This document shows, in pieces, positions 37,701 to 50,632 of a stretch of DNA of 64,000 nucleotides. Under the pieces are notes generated by a model, which was not told the DNA's origin, ran no database searches, and saw only the letters and a list, made by a program, of their open reading frames with translations. Origin of the DNA: Tricharina praecox. Lineage: Eukaryota. A program made the translations under genes and the position numbers. The DNA is taken from assembly GCF_024521635.1 (NCBI RefSeq), contig NW_026250407.1, forward strand, positions 1,488,001 through 1,552,000. The letters are read 5' to 3'. Each line of letters opens with the position of its first letter. Position 1 is the first letter of the stretch.

Positions 37701-40700
37701 CGGTTGTCGAGAGTTCCGGAATCAAGGTCTCTGATGAGGATCAAGACGCGCTCTTCGATGCGATTGTTGCGATTATGCCCCATGTCGACAAAGAGGATAG
37801 CATTCTTGCGTTGGCCGTCACTCGAGTTCTGGTTCTTCTTACAAGGCGGAGGGAGCTTTCGGCCCGGATGGTGCAAGGAGGCAATCTACAGAAGGTCTTC
37901 CACATGTACCGTCGCCAGGCCGGCAACAACGTCGACAGGCTCCAACCCGCGATTTTGATGATGGTTCGCCATGTCATCGAGGATGAGGAGACTCTGAGGG
38001 CTGTTATGACGGCGGAAATTCGCGCGCAGTTCTCGGCTAGACCTTCGAGACAGTTGGATACCAATACCTTCGCCAAGAATTGTGCCCATCTGATCTTGAG
38101 GAATCCGGAAATCTTCGTCGATGTCGTTGCGCAGCTGTGCAAGCTCTCGCGATACGAACCGCAGCTGAGGAATCAGGGACTTATTCTCAAAGAGACGGAG
38201 AAGCCGGCGCGGACGGAGGAGAATACGCCGGCTGCTGTGGAGACTCAGGGTGAGGGCAGTGGTGAGGCGGCTAAGAAGGCTGAAGACGAGAAGCCCGAGG
38301 AGACAAAGGCTGAGGATGAGAAGCCAAAGACTGCCCTCGAAGTTAGGCCCCCGGGTGTCGAGAAGCCGGACGGTGTCATTCACTTCTTGCTCATGGAACT
38401 TTTCGCCATCAAAGACGTCAACGATTTCACTCCGCCTCCGCCCAAGGAAGCTCCGAAGCCGGCGGATACTGATGTCGCTTTGGGAGATGCATCTAAAGGC
38501 GAGGAGAAACCTGCGGAAGCCCCCAAGCCGGAAAAGCCGGAGTTCAAGGCGGAACACTACCCGTACTTCTTCTACCGGTGCTTCATCTTGATGACGCTCA
38601 TGGAACTTCTCTGCTGCTACAACCGATGCAAAGTCGAGTTCATCAACTTCAACCGGAAGGCCGATCCTAGAGATCCAATCACGCCGTCGAAGCCTCGCTC
38701 GGCAATCTTCAATTACTTGCTTCACGACCTGATCTCGCAACAGTCGCTCACCGGACCGGCTCCCGACGATATCGAGCAGAAGACGAAGGATAAGCTTAGT
38801 CAGTGGGCTATCCATCTGTTCGTCTCGCTTTGCACGCAGTCTGGTGAGGTTTCGACCACCGAGGACGAGCCCGATCTGCTTTTCGTCCGGAAGTTCTTCT
38901 TCGAGACCGCCCTGAAGTCGTTTAAAGACGCCTGTGCGTCCACTGAGCCTTTGGACATCAAGTATGCGCGCATGGCCAGTCTGGGAGATCTTTTCTACAA
39001 GGTCCTCTCCGTTCGGCCGCCATGTGTTTCCTCGTCCGTCGGACTCAGCGACAGGCCTCAGCACGACCTGGCCAAGATTATGTTGGAGAAGAACTACATA
39101 TCGGCGCTCACCAACGCACTCGCCGACGTTGACCTCAACTATCCGAACTCGCGCAAGGTCATCAAGTCGATGCTCAAGCCGCTTAAGTTGCTCTCCAAGA
39201 CCGCCGTCGAACTCAGCGAGACCTCCGGTCTGTCGACTCCTGGAGCTACCGACGACGATGATATCTCTGTTGCGTCGTCGCTTTCGAGTATTGAGGAGCT
39301 TCGAGAGGAGACCCCGGATCTGTATCGCAATTCGACGTTGGGACTGTTTGAGGGCGGCGAAATGGGCGATGATGATGCGAGTGACTATGACGAAGATGAG
39401 GACGACGAGGAGATGTACGATCATGAGATGGAGTTTGAAGAGGAGATTGGCGAAGAGGGGGATAGCGAGGTTAGCGACGAAGATGAGGAGGAAGGGGCGG
39501 AGAATATGGATGTGAGTTCGCCTTGGTTTATGGTTGGGGACGGTACGACTAATGTGATTAGGTGGAGGTTGTCATCCAGGATGATCAAGATGACGATGAC
39601 TCTGATTCGGAAGATGACGATGATATGTCGGAAGATGACATGGATGATGATGGCGGTGAGGTGGAGATAATTGACGAGTTGGGAGAACATCTTCATCATC
39701 ACTCTCACCACCACCATGATGAATACGAGAGTGGCGGCGAGGAGGACTGGCAGTCTGACGGCAGTGACGACAATGATATGAACGAGGAGGAGCTCCTCGC
39801 CGCAGATGACATTAACAACGGTGTCGAGAGCATCATGCGCGCACTTGAAGATGAAGGTCCGGACATCAACGACGACCCCGATGATGATGGATTCCTCGAG
39901 GAAGGTGACGAGGAAGACGAAATGGAAGGGGAGGAGGAAGATGATGATCTGGACGAGGAGGCGATGATGGCTGGAGAGGACTACGATGATGACGATGAGG
40001 GTGCGTCTGCTTTTCCATGGGGGTGGGCGGAAGGGGATGATGCCCCTATTATGACACGTACTCAACCTCGGAGTACAGGTGGCTGGTTTACGTTTAGCGG
40101 TGGACCGAGAGAACCGCCGGTTTTCAGTACGTCACTTCCTCCAGACGCCTTGACTCACGCTCGCTCACTGACTGTCCGTCTAGTGACGAGGCCTGGAAGA
40201 TCGCGTCACTACTTGGGTGCCTCTGGAGAACGCGTCCCCGCTAGTAACCGTGAGCAGAACCCGCTCCTCCAACAGGCCGACAACGATCCCGCGCCTCTCC
40301 GTCACAGCACGCACCGTCATGAATACATGGGTGAATGGGCGCAGGCCTTCAGCGGCATGCATCCAGGCGACGGCGGCCCAGTGTCGATGATTAGCACTTT
40401 GATGAACCTCATGAACCGCGGAGGTGTCATGCATAACGGGGCCTTCCAGATTCAAGCTACCATCCCGCACCACCGCTTCCCGCACGGCATGCAGCGCGAG
40501 ATTCGATCCATGTTTGGTAATTTCCGTCCTTCACACGAGCCCATGCGTCTCCACCGCGAGGACCCCAACCAGGTCGGCCGCTTCGAGCCCAGCTCTACTC
40601 CAGCTCGTTGGATGGAGGAGGCACGCATTCTGTTCGGTAATCGCATCGAAGACAGTGCTCAGCGCATTGTCGATACGATCCTCTACCGCCTTGTTCCTGT

Positions 40701-43700
40701 GGCCATTGAGGAGGAAAAGAAACGGAAGGCGCTTGAGGAACAGGCTAAGATCGAACGGGCGAAGTTGGAGGAAGAAAAGGCTAAGAAGACAGAGGAGGAG
40801 CGCATCGAGAAGGAGAAGGCGGAGGCCGAGGAGAAGGCCCGTAAGGAGGCGGAAGAGAAGGAGGCGGCCGAGCGGGCTAAAGTGGCGGAGGAGGAGGCCG
40901 CGGCTGCCGAGGCTGCTACCCGTGTGCCTGAGGGTGATGCAACGGAGGCTGTGGAGGCACCAGCGGGAGAGGCCATGGCGGGAGTGGAAGCCACTCAGAC
41001 TGAAATTGCTGAACTAGCTGCTGCCGCCGGTCCTTCCGCACCCGTGGAACGTGCTACCGTCATGATCCGAGGCCGTGAGATGGACATAACCGGCATGGGC
41101 ATCGATCCGGAGTTCTTGGAGGCTATCCCTGAAGAAATGAGGGAGGAGGCTCTGACTCAGCATATCCGCGAACGTCGTGCGGCGGCCGCGAGCAGCGATC
41201 AAGCCAGCGAAATCAGCCGCGAGTTCCTAGATGCTCTCCCCGATGACATTCGTCAGGAGCTTTTGGATCAGGAAGCACAGGACAGACGGCGTCGGGAACA
41301 GGAAGCCGCTAGAGCCCAGGGTGGAGGCGGAGGTCCGGGTGATATGGATCTTGACTTGGCGACTTTCCTGGCCACTCTCGAGCCTGGCTTGCGACAGACT
41401 GTTTTGATGGAGCAGGATGATGAGGCTTTGGCACATCTTCCCCATGCCATCCTCGAAGAGGCGAATGCCCTGCGGGGTGACCGCGTCTTCCACGGCCACT
41501 TTGTTGAAGTCCCGCGCAACCGTGGAGCAGCGCATCTCCGGAACCCCGACGAGCAGAAAGTCAAAAAGCCTGCGCGCAAGGGTACTGTGCAGTTGTTGGA
41601 CAAGGCTGGTGTTGCTACGCTACTCCGGTTGATGTTTATGCCGCAGTCTGGCAGTACGCGTGTGACGCTTCACGAGATTCTCCTGAGCATCTGCGAGAAC
41701 CGCCAGAACCGTGCCGAGGTTGTCAACTTGCTCTTGTCGATTCTTCAGGATGGCAGCGCCGATATGGCTGCTGTCGAGAGGTGCTTTGCTCAGCTTTCCG
41801 TGAGGGCCAAGCAACCGACCATCATGCACCCTCCCAAGACGCCCGTTAAGACGCCCACCACTTTGTCGCGCTCGAATACTGGACCGACAATCTTTGCGCA
41901 AACCAGTGGAGAGGTCTCGCCGCTTATGGTCGCTCAACAATGTCTTCTCGCCTTGACTTTCCTGGTCAACTACAACGAGCACATCTCATCTTACTTCCTG
42001 AACGAGCACGATATCAATATGGGATTGAAGAAGCCTGTCAACCGCAAGGGTAAGGGCAAAGCCATCGAGAGTAAGGCAAGTAAGTACGCACTGAATACGC
42101 TACTGGCACTCCTGGATCGTCCCCTTGTTACGGAGAGCTCGAGCGTCATGGATCAGCTTTCGGTGCTTCTTTCGGAAATTACGCGCCCGTTGACTATCCT
42201 GTTGAAGAAGGATAAGAAGAAGTCGGAAGAGGAGAAGGCTAAAGAGGAGGAGGTTGCCGGTGAACAGACCGCTGCCGCTACCGCTACGGGTGAAGCGCCT
42301 GCGGCTACTGCGACAACTGAGTCTGCGACCGAACCAGCTACTGCGCCCGCCCCGGCCGCCGAAGGTGCTGAGCCTAAGGACGAGTCGAAGGACGAGTCGA
42401 AGGATGAAGCGAAGGACGAGGCGAAGGATGGCAAGGAAGAAGAGAAGAAGAAGCCGCGGAACCTGGTTCCCCCGGTGGTTCCTGAGCATAACCTGAGACT
42501 GGTCGTCAACATCCTTACGGCACGCGAGTGTTCCAGCAAGACCTTCCGGGAGACTCTGGCCACCATGCAAAATCTTTCTGGCATCCCCGGTTCCAAGGAT
42601 GTTTTCGGCGCCGAGTTGATTCGACAGGCCCAAGGACTTGGTTCTACCATCTTGGGGCATCTCGACGAGCTCCTGCAGCAGGTTAGGAACGCAGAGAACG
42701 GTACTGAGGTCCAGGGCATGGCGTTGGCCAACTTCTCGCCCGCTAGTTCCGAACAGGCGAAGTTGTTGAGAGTCCTCACAGCGTTGGACTACCTCTTTGA
42801 TCCCAAGCGTACTGCGAAGGAGAAATCGGAAGAAAAGGACAAGAAGGAGGACAAGAAGGAGGGCGAGGCGGCGGCGGCTAATGAAGAATTTGGAGACGTA
42901 CTGGCCAAGCTTTACGAGAGCCTGACGTTCTCGCCACTGTGGTCGAAGCTTAGCGATTGTCTTACTGCCATCCATGAGCGTTCCGACATGCTCCACGTGG
43001 CCACTATCTTGCTGCCGCTGATTGAGGCCCTTATGGTTGTCTGCAAAAACGGCAGCTTGGAGGAGTCTACGCAGCACTCGCAGTTGACCCCCGAGGCGAG
43101 ATCGATGCGCCAGTTGTTCTTCAAGTTCACGGAGGACCACCGCAAGATCCTCAATCAGATGGTCCGCAACAATCCCAAGCTCATGAGTGGATCGTTTTCG
43201 CAACTGGTTAAGAACCCCAAGGTTCTCGACTTTGACAATAAGCGAAACTTCTTCAATCGCCGTCTTCACACTCGCCAGGGCGTCCGAGACCCTCACCCGA
43301 CGCTTCCACTCGCTGTTCGCCGTGATCAGGTGTTCTTGGATTCGTACAAGAGCATGTACTACAAGACGGGCGACGAGATCAAGTATGCGAAGCTGAGCAT
43401 CCGCTTTCATGGCGAGGAGGGTGTCGACGCTGGTGGTGTTACGAGAGAGTGGTTCCAGGTCATGTCCAGGCAGATGTTCAACCCCGACTACGCCCTGTTC
43501 ATTCCAGTGGCATCGGACAGGACTACCTTCCATCCGAACAGCATGAGCGGGGTCAACCCTGAGCATCTAAGCTTCTTCAAGTTCATCGGTCGCATCATCG
43601 GAAAGGCGCTGTACGAAGGCAGGGTTCTCGATTGCCACTTCAGCAGAGCAGTCTACAAGAAGATTCTCGGCAAGCCCGTGTCCCTCAAGGATATGGAGAC

Positions 43701-44489
43701 GTTGGATCTGGAGTACTACAAGTCCATGGTGTGGATGCTGGAGAATAATATCGAGGATGTCATTACAGAGACGTTTTCGGTCGAGCTGGACGAGTTTGGC
43801 GCCAGGCAGACAGTCGACCTGATTCCCGACGGCCGCAACATCCCTGTGACCAACGAGAACAAGCAGGATTACGTCCGTCTCGTGGTCGAGCACCGTCTCT
43901 TGCACAGCGTCAACGAGCAGATCGACCACTTCCTGATCGGATTCCACGACATCGTTCCGGCGGACTTGGTCAACATCTTCAACGAGCAAGAGCTGGAGCT
44001 GCTGATTTCGGGCATGCCAGAGATCGACCTGGACGACTGGAGGAACAATACTGAATACCACAACTACTCGGCGTCCTCGTCGCAGATTCAGTGGTTCTGG
44101 CGGGCTGTGAGATCGTTTGACAAGGAGGAGCGCGCAAAGTTGCTGCAGTTCGTTACCGGCACGTCTAAAGTACCCCTCAACGGCTTTAAGGAGCTCGAGG
44201 GTATGAATGGCTTCTCCAAGTTCAATATTCACCGCGACTATGGAAACAAGGACCGCCTGCCGAGCTCGCATACGTGCTTCAACCGTGAGTTACCCCCTCT
44301 AATCTGTTTATCTTCATGGAGTATGGCTAACAGATGCGTAGAACTCGACTTGCCAGAATACGAGAGCTATGAGACGTTGAGACAGCAGTTGTTGACGGCT
44401 ATCACCCAAGGCGCGGAGTATGTATCCCCTTTGCACCATTCCGGGGAGTACAGGCTAACAGTCGTGATAGATACTTTGGTTTCGCGTGA
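31785..44489 (+). CDS. TOM1: HECT E3 ubiquitin ligase Tom1/Ptr1 (HUWE1 orthologue), about 4000 aa, 9 exons
   Basis: N-terminal WPFPRGDLYHWI (DUF908), DUF913 region, UBA (QLTDMGFS), acidic tract, UBM-like repeats (GIDPEFLEAIPEEMREE), and HECT domain (GEEGVDAGGVTREWF..LPSSHTCFN..YFGFA*). Introns 31830-31921, 32225-32305, 35862-35918, 36039-36098, 39512-39561, 40127-40183, 44285-44341, 44418-44470. Confidence 0.96.
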
Positions 44490-45800
44490 TTGCTTTTATT
44501 TTTTCTTTGGGGATAGAGAATTTGTTTGGGCACTTGAGTTTTGTTTGATTGTGGGCATCCGGGTGTTTTTTACTTTGCTTTTTCCTACTTTTTCTCTTCG
44601 GCATTTCATTTCTTTTTCAGTGGGGATAACTGGTTTTTTCTTTTTTTTTCTGTTTCTTGCTTGGGGATTGTGTTGTTTTTTTTCCTTCGGGTTTTCTTCA
44701 ATATGGTTCGGGTGTACTTCTTGCTTCTTCTGTGTTTTTACCGAGGACGGGGCGGGATGTTGGTGGTGGTGGTGGTGGTGGAGTGGAGTGGGGTGGGTGT
44801 AGGGTGGAGAGGGGGGATGGGGAGGGCATCTTTTTTGTGTTGCAGCGCGATGGGATGGGCCGCAAGCAAGGCAACGTGCAGGTTGCACTGCGAGGGGTTT
44901 GTACTTACGTTCGTAGTCTGGAATCGAGAGGTGTTACTCCAGATGTTGGGATCTCGTGCTTGGTGTGATGAGGGGATGTGATGCGATGCGATATAGATGT
45001 TTACCGGTGGACTTGGCTACTGATGACTTGGCCACACAATATGGGACCACCCCGTCGGGAGTCGGGACTATCTATCGAAACCGCTCCCGTAGGTGGTCTT
45101 CCAGCTTGGGCCCTCGCACCAGACACACGAGGAAAACATCATCATCTTCGTGAATCGTCAGGGCAGTCTGTGGTCGAGTCGAGTACCGGTAAATGTCCTA
45201 GGCAAGTAGTATCGACGCGATAACTCGTTCTAAGCCCTCGTCGAGAGTCACCAGTGTCGAAAGCCATCCAGTCCGTCCCGTCCGTCCCGTGCAGTCCCGT
45301 CCATCCTGTGCGGTCCCGTGTAGTCCCGTGCAGTCCGGCTGCTATGATAGCAATTGACGAGTAAACAAAATAGACAAACAAACCAACAGAAAGAGAAAAA
45401 AAAACACTCGTATGTGTAAGAGGTTGTCGAGAAGAGATGGACCATCCGAGAAAGTATCACGCATTATGGTCAATGTAAATCTATTTCGCATGTAGTCTGT
45501 AAACACATACGGTACATACTTCTTCATACTTCTTCATACTTCATACATACTTCTTAGCAAGTAGAAGACAACTTCTACCCTCTCCCAGTTTCAGTTCCAT
45601 CCCATCATTCACCTTCACCTTCATTCTCTCCACCTTCCCTCCCTATATCCCCGTCGCCCTACAACATACATACATCTCCTAGCACCCATACATCCAATAA
45701 CGCAAAGACAAAAACAAACAAAAAGCATCAGAACTCCCATCTCTCTCTATTCCCATACATATCCCGTACCCGTACCCGTACATACCATACGCAAGCCAAT

Positions 45801-45880
45801 TCAGTCCCAGTTCCAGTTCCAGTTCCAGTCCCAGTCCCAGTCCCAGTCCCAGTCCCAGTCCCAATCCCGATCCCAGTGTC
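45801..45880. repeat. Hexanucleotide microsatellite (CCAGTY)n
   Basis: About 10 copies of CCAGTT/CCAGTC. Other simple repeats nearby: (GA)n 46314-46338 and (GGTA)n about 46255-46275. Confidence 0.9.
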
Positions 45881-46499
45881 CCACCCTATCCGATCCGATC
45901 CAATCCCAAGATTTTTTGTATAATAGTTGTGCTGTGACTTTCCCTTTTCTCCCTCCCTTCCTCCGTCCCTTCGAACCAAACCAAGCCAACCAACGTACAT
46001 AATTTACACAAACGATCAAACGTAACCAAAAAAAGAGATCAAAAAAAGATTAGCACCCACTATACTCGGAACAAACGCAAACCCCGAATGTCAACCCCAA
46101 TGTCAAGACGAAAGACGACAGCAAAAGACGAAAGCAAAGACGACAGCAAAAGCAAAAAGCAACAGCAAAAACGAAAACGAAACGAAGCAAAATGCAACGT
46201 GAAAACCCATATGTAGATACAAACAGAAACTGTCGGAGGAGGAGGAGGTGAGCACGGTAGGTAGGTAGGTAGGTACAGACTTCATCGCCTAGGTTTCCCC
46301 AGCCAAAATAGTCGAGAGAGAGAGAGAGAGAGAGAGAGGGCAGCCCCCACCCAGAGCCCCCTCCGAGATCGATCGAACGTGAGCCGCGCCAAGCGGCGAA
46401 GGAACAAACCCATTAACACCCGCCACCGCCCACCCCACTCCCGCCGCATCGGCCATGGCACGCACACACACAATCCCAGCCAGCACTTCATCCATCCGC

Positions 46500-47730
46500 T
46501 CAGCTCGGCGGCGCGTGCGAAAACAAAAACGACACGCTCTCGCCGTTATGGGTGCGTCTGCAGGCCTCTGCGAGGGTGGGGGAGATATCGATAGTCCTGA
46601 GTTTCTTGCAGCGCTTCTTCTTGTCCTCGTGGGGCACGGTATTGGTGACGACGAGCATGGTGAGCTCGCTCTTCTCGACGATCTCGCACGCCGCGCCGGA
46701 CAGGATCGCGTGCGTGACGATCGCGATGACCTTGGTGGCGCCGTGCTTCTTGAGGGTTTGTGCTGCCTTCGCCAGCGTGCCGCAGGTGTCCGCCATGTCG
46801 TCGACTAGGATGCCGACCCTGCCCGAGACGTCGCCGACGAGAACCATGCGCCCGATCTCGTTGGGGCGCGGGCGCTCCTTGTGGATCAGTGCGAAGTTGA
46901 GGTCCAGGCGGTCGGCGATGGCAGTCGCACTAGTGGGCCAGACGTTAGCGGCGGAGGCGAGAAAAGAGGTGGCGGGGATGCGGAGAGAAGGGGGGTTACC
47001 GCTTCGCACCGCCGGCGTCGGGAGAGACGATCACCGCGTTCCGGTAGTCTACGTTCCGACGAATCCAGTCCAGAGTCGAGGGCTCCGCATACAAGCTATT
47101 GTACCCGACCGATTAGCCACGGGCCACAGGCCACCGCCACAACCAACCATCCCATCCCATCCCATCCCCCGTACCCGCCACCGGAGCCACGTACTTATCG
47201 ACAGGCACATTAAAGAACCCCTGGATCTGGCTGGCGTGAAGATCCATCGTGATGACGTGACTGCACCCGGCAGCCTGCAGCATGTTGGCGACGAGTTTCG
47301 CGGAGATTGGAGCCCGGCTCTTGTCCTTCTTGTCCTGGCGCGCATAGGGAAAGTTCGGAATGACCGCGGTAATGCGTCGGGCCGACGCGGTCTTGCACGC
47401 GTTGATCATGATGAGGAGCTCCATGAGGCCGTCGTTGACCTCGCCGGGCGCGGTGGACTGCACCACAAAGACATCCTCGTCGCGAACGGATTCTTGGATC
47501 GCGACGTACGTCTCCTGGTTGGAGCTGTGCGACACCTTGACCCGAGTCAATTCCAATCCGAGACTGTGTTTCGTTGTGTCTTGTAGTCAGTAACTAGGAA
47601 AAAGCAATTCCCCCACACTCTCCCCAGAAAAAAAAAAAGTCGCGCAACACAGGGACGGAACATACCGGTCAGCAATGCCCTCGGCCAGACCCCGGTGCGA
47701 CGATCCTGCGATGAGTTTGATCGAGTTCAT
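46500..47730 (-). CDS. PRS: Ribose-phosphate pyrophosphokinase (PRPP synthetase, class I, Prs2/Prs4-like), 4 exons
   Basis: [95 protein letters not shown]. Confidence 0.96.
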
Positions 47731-50584
47731 TGCCGGTATTGCTGATTGACCACAACGACTCGCGGGTTTGGAGGGGGAGATGGAATAGAGGGATAGAGAG
47801 AAAGAGAGAGAGGGCGAGCGACGTCGAGGTTAATGGACTGACGAGAGGATCGAAGACTAAACTGTGTAAGTCACATCACGTCAACGTCAAAGAAAAGTTT
47901 CCCCACGCACAACAAGAAATGGCGTATGTAGCATAGGGTACTCTAGGGTCCATCCGCTAGGTGGCGGGGGGATGGGATGGGGCTCTGTAAGTTTACTGAC
48001 CTTTTTCACTTCTCTTGAACCGCAACGAGGGGAAGAATATCTGTCTGGGAGACCTTTGGCTGGATCGGTGTATGTATTGAGAGGGAGTTGAAGGAAGAAG
48101 AGGGCGGGTGCGGGGCGGGGCGAGGCGGGTGGAGCTAACGGATATCTGCCATTTGCGGGAGAGATGGAGTCGAAGGGAGGAATGCTCGGAGGATGTAGAG
48201 TTGGAATGGATGGATGGATGGATGATCAGGAGTGTCAAAGATACACGCCGCGGTCCTTGACCTTGCCAGCAGCCAGCAGCCAGCAGCCAGCAGCCAGCCC
48301 AAGCCGATCCCTCTCTCCGCGCCGCCGGCATGTTCAGATCCAGTCAAGCCGGGCCTTGGAGTGCTAGAGTGTGGAGAGTAGGCAGAGTTGTAGGTAAGAG
48401 GCAAGGCTAAGAAGAAACCGAAATGTTGATCGCCGTCTGCTTGCTGGTGGTGGTGGTGGTGGTGGTGGTGCTGCTGCTGCGGGTGCTCGTGCAGTGCTGC
48501 AGAGGCAGGCAGGCAGACACCACATACACGAGATGACCGTATGTACCGTACCCATCCATCCCCCCGCGGAAAAATGCAGCTTCGTCTCAGCATTCAATGC
48601 GAATACCGTAATCCTGGAGAAAAAGCGCAACGGGAAAAAAAAACGAGATGGACGGACGGGAGCTATTCTCCCGTGCTTACCGCGTGCACGCAATATCCAT
48701 CTAGAGTAAAGTACCGGTATACGGTAACTACATCATACGAAAACGAAGCCCTATACCGTGCTCTACTCCAACTACCGTCGGCGCGGCTACTGTTCCTGCC
48801 CCACCATACACCATATGCTGGACAATCCACTGCGCAGAATTCTCGCATGATGCGTCATCTGCATGGCATGTGGTTGGATGGAGTAATAGCCGAGTGTCAG
48901 TCAATGCACATAAACACACTGTCGGCGGTTATGTGCTAGTACCGAGTATGTACTCCATGGTTGATACCCCGAGCATAGAGTATGCGCATTGCGTACGGGT
49001 ACCGCACCAAAGCATGTAGAGTACTCTAGGGAGGCAAGTCCAATCCGGGGTACTCCCGGCAGAGGACTGCATACCGCACGCGTCGAATCCATACATACAA
49101 ATTTATATTCCGCAGCCCCGCCGCCTCGCGCGCAGGTGAAGACTTTTGTACGTACGAGTAACTACGGTGAACATCGCCACCGGTAGGTACCTACTTTTCC
49201 ATTCCATTCCCGCACACAAACACAGTTCTTCTTTTGCCGCGCCGGGTGCTGCGGTTACGGAGCGATTCGAGCCGCTCTATGTCCGGATTGCCTTCCAGGT
49301 TCCCAGCTGAAATCGTGCCGGCTCGCGGAGTCGCGGATGTCGCAGACTCGCAGCTGGCCGGTGAAGCTTTAACGTTTGCATATTGATACAGTTTTAACTT
49401 TTCCCAACACCGAAATGTGGCTTTCACGTTTGTTTTTTGCATCTCGATCGAGTTTTCCCAACACCAGAGTTCCGCTTCGTGTGGAAACCTAGAGTAGAGT
49501 AGAGTACTGTAGGAACTTCTCCGGAAGTAACCATCGACGCCAGATCTGATCCCGCCGGCTGTAAGGAGGTACTTAAAGTACTTTAAACATCCACAACGTG
49601 ACTATTCCATGCGTAAGTCGTTAAGCAAGTATTCGGATATAAAGTAAGTGGTGCCCCACCTTGCACTTATAGTTCGTAAAGGTGGTGAGGCACGACTTAT
49701 TGGCTGTTCCTAGTACTTGTTCGACCCACCAAACCCGTATCCTTTCCGGCACGTTCCCGCCGTCCGGTACGAATCAAAGATCGTGATTCGTGAATACTCG
49801 ACCCACTTCGCCATGACGTCTACGTACAGTACATAGTGGTGCCCCATCTGCCCATCTGTCAAGTCGAAGTGGGGCAATCTGGGCGGGGTAGCTAAATATG
49901 CAGCCAAGATCACGCGGTGGCGGCGACGAGAGCTTGGGATTGGGATTGGGATTGCTGAACTCTATGGCGCCATCATTTCGGATGGTGTAACTCTAGAGTC
50001 TACATATACGCACCGGATGCAGCATCTCGACTGGTAGGTAGGGAGAAAACCAGTGGCCACTGGCGGCAGAGCTCATCAGGAGCTTACATATAGTAAAACC
50101 GCGTTTGTACCGTCCACTGTGATACTGTAGTAGCAATGTTCGATGGGATCGTCGGGCTTGATCAATCATCAATACTTGGCGACTGTCACGTCGCGAAACA
50201 GCGCGGCTTTACGGCTTCACGGCCGAGTTGTCCCTAGGGCACCTAGGTAGAGGAAACGTTTTCGTCAAACATACCTAGGTAGCACTCGGCGCGACCAACA
50301 GGTACCGTATCCAAGCCCGGGGTTTCTGACCGCAATACTGCCTACCCGGTAGGTATTGGGTGATGCTGTACCGGTAGATCTACCTACTGTGCAGTGTGCG
50401 ATGTCAGCATCTGTGATTGCAGTACTGCCTACTCACCAGTCACCACCAGGCTGGTAGGTACTACGGGATTACCCACAGCACAGCATTGCATAGTGTAGAA
50501 TTGCGCGATGATGCGTCGTGGTGCAATGGTGCAACCGCACCGTCCAGTGGGTCGCACTGGTGCTGTCCGGTGGGGATCCTCAGC

Positions 50585-50632
50585 CTCCAAATGCCCATCC
50601 TCCAAATGCCCATCCTCCAAATGCCCATCCTC
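50585..50632. repeat. 15-bp tandem repeat (CTCCAAATGCCCATC) x3
   Basis: Three exact consecutive copies. Confidence 0.85.

Noticed and set aside
33185..44271. Long antisense ORFs within TOM1 (e.g. 37886-39424, 42100-43566)
   Set aside because: Expected from the C/G-ending codon bias of the sense gene; no recognisable domains.
44490..44802. Hydrophobic F/W-rich C-terminal extension of the 1746-aa TOM1 ORF
   Set aside because: An artefact of reading through the last intron (44418-44470). Splicing gives the canonical HECT end EYFGFA* at 44489.
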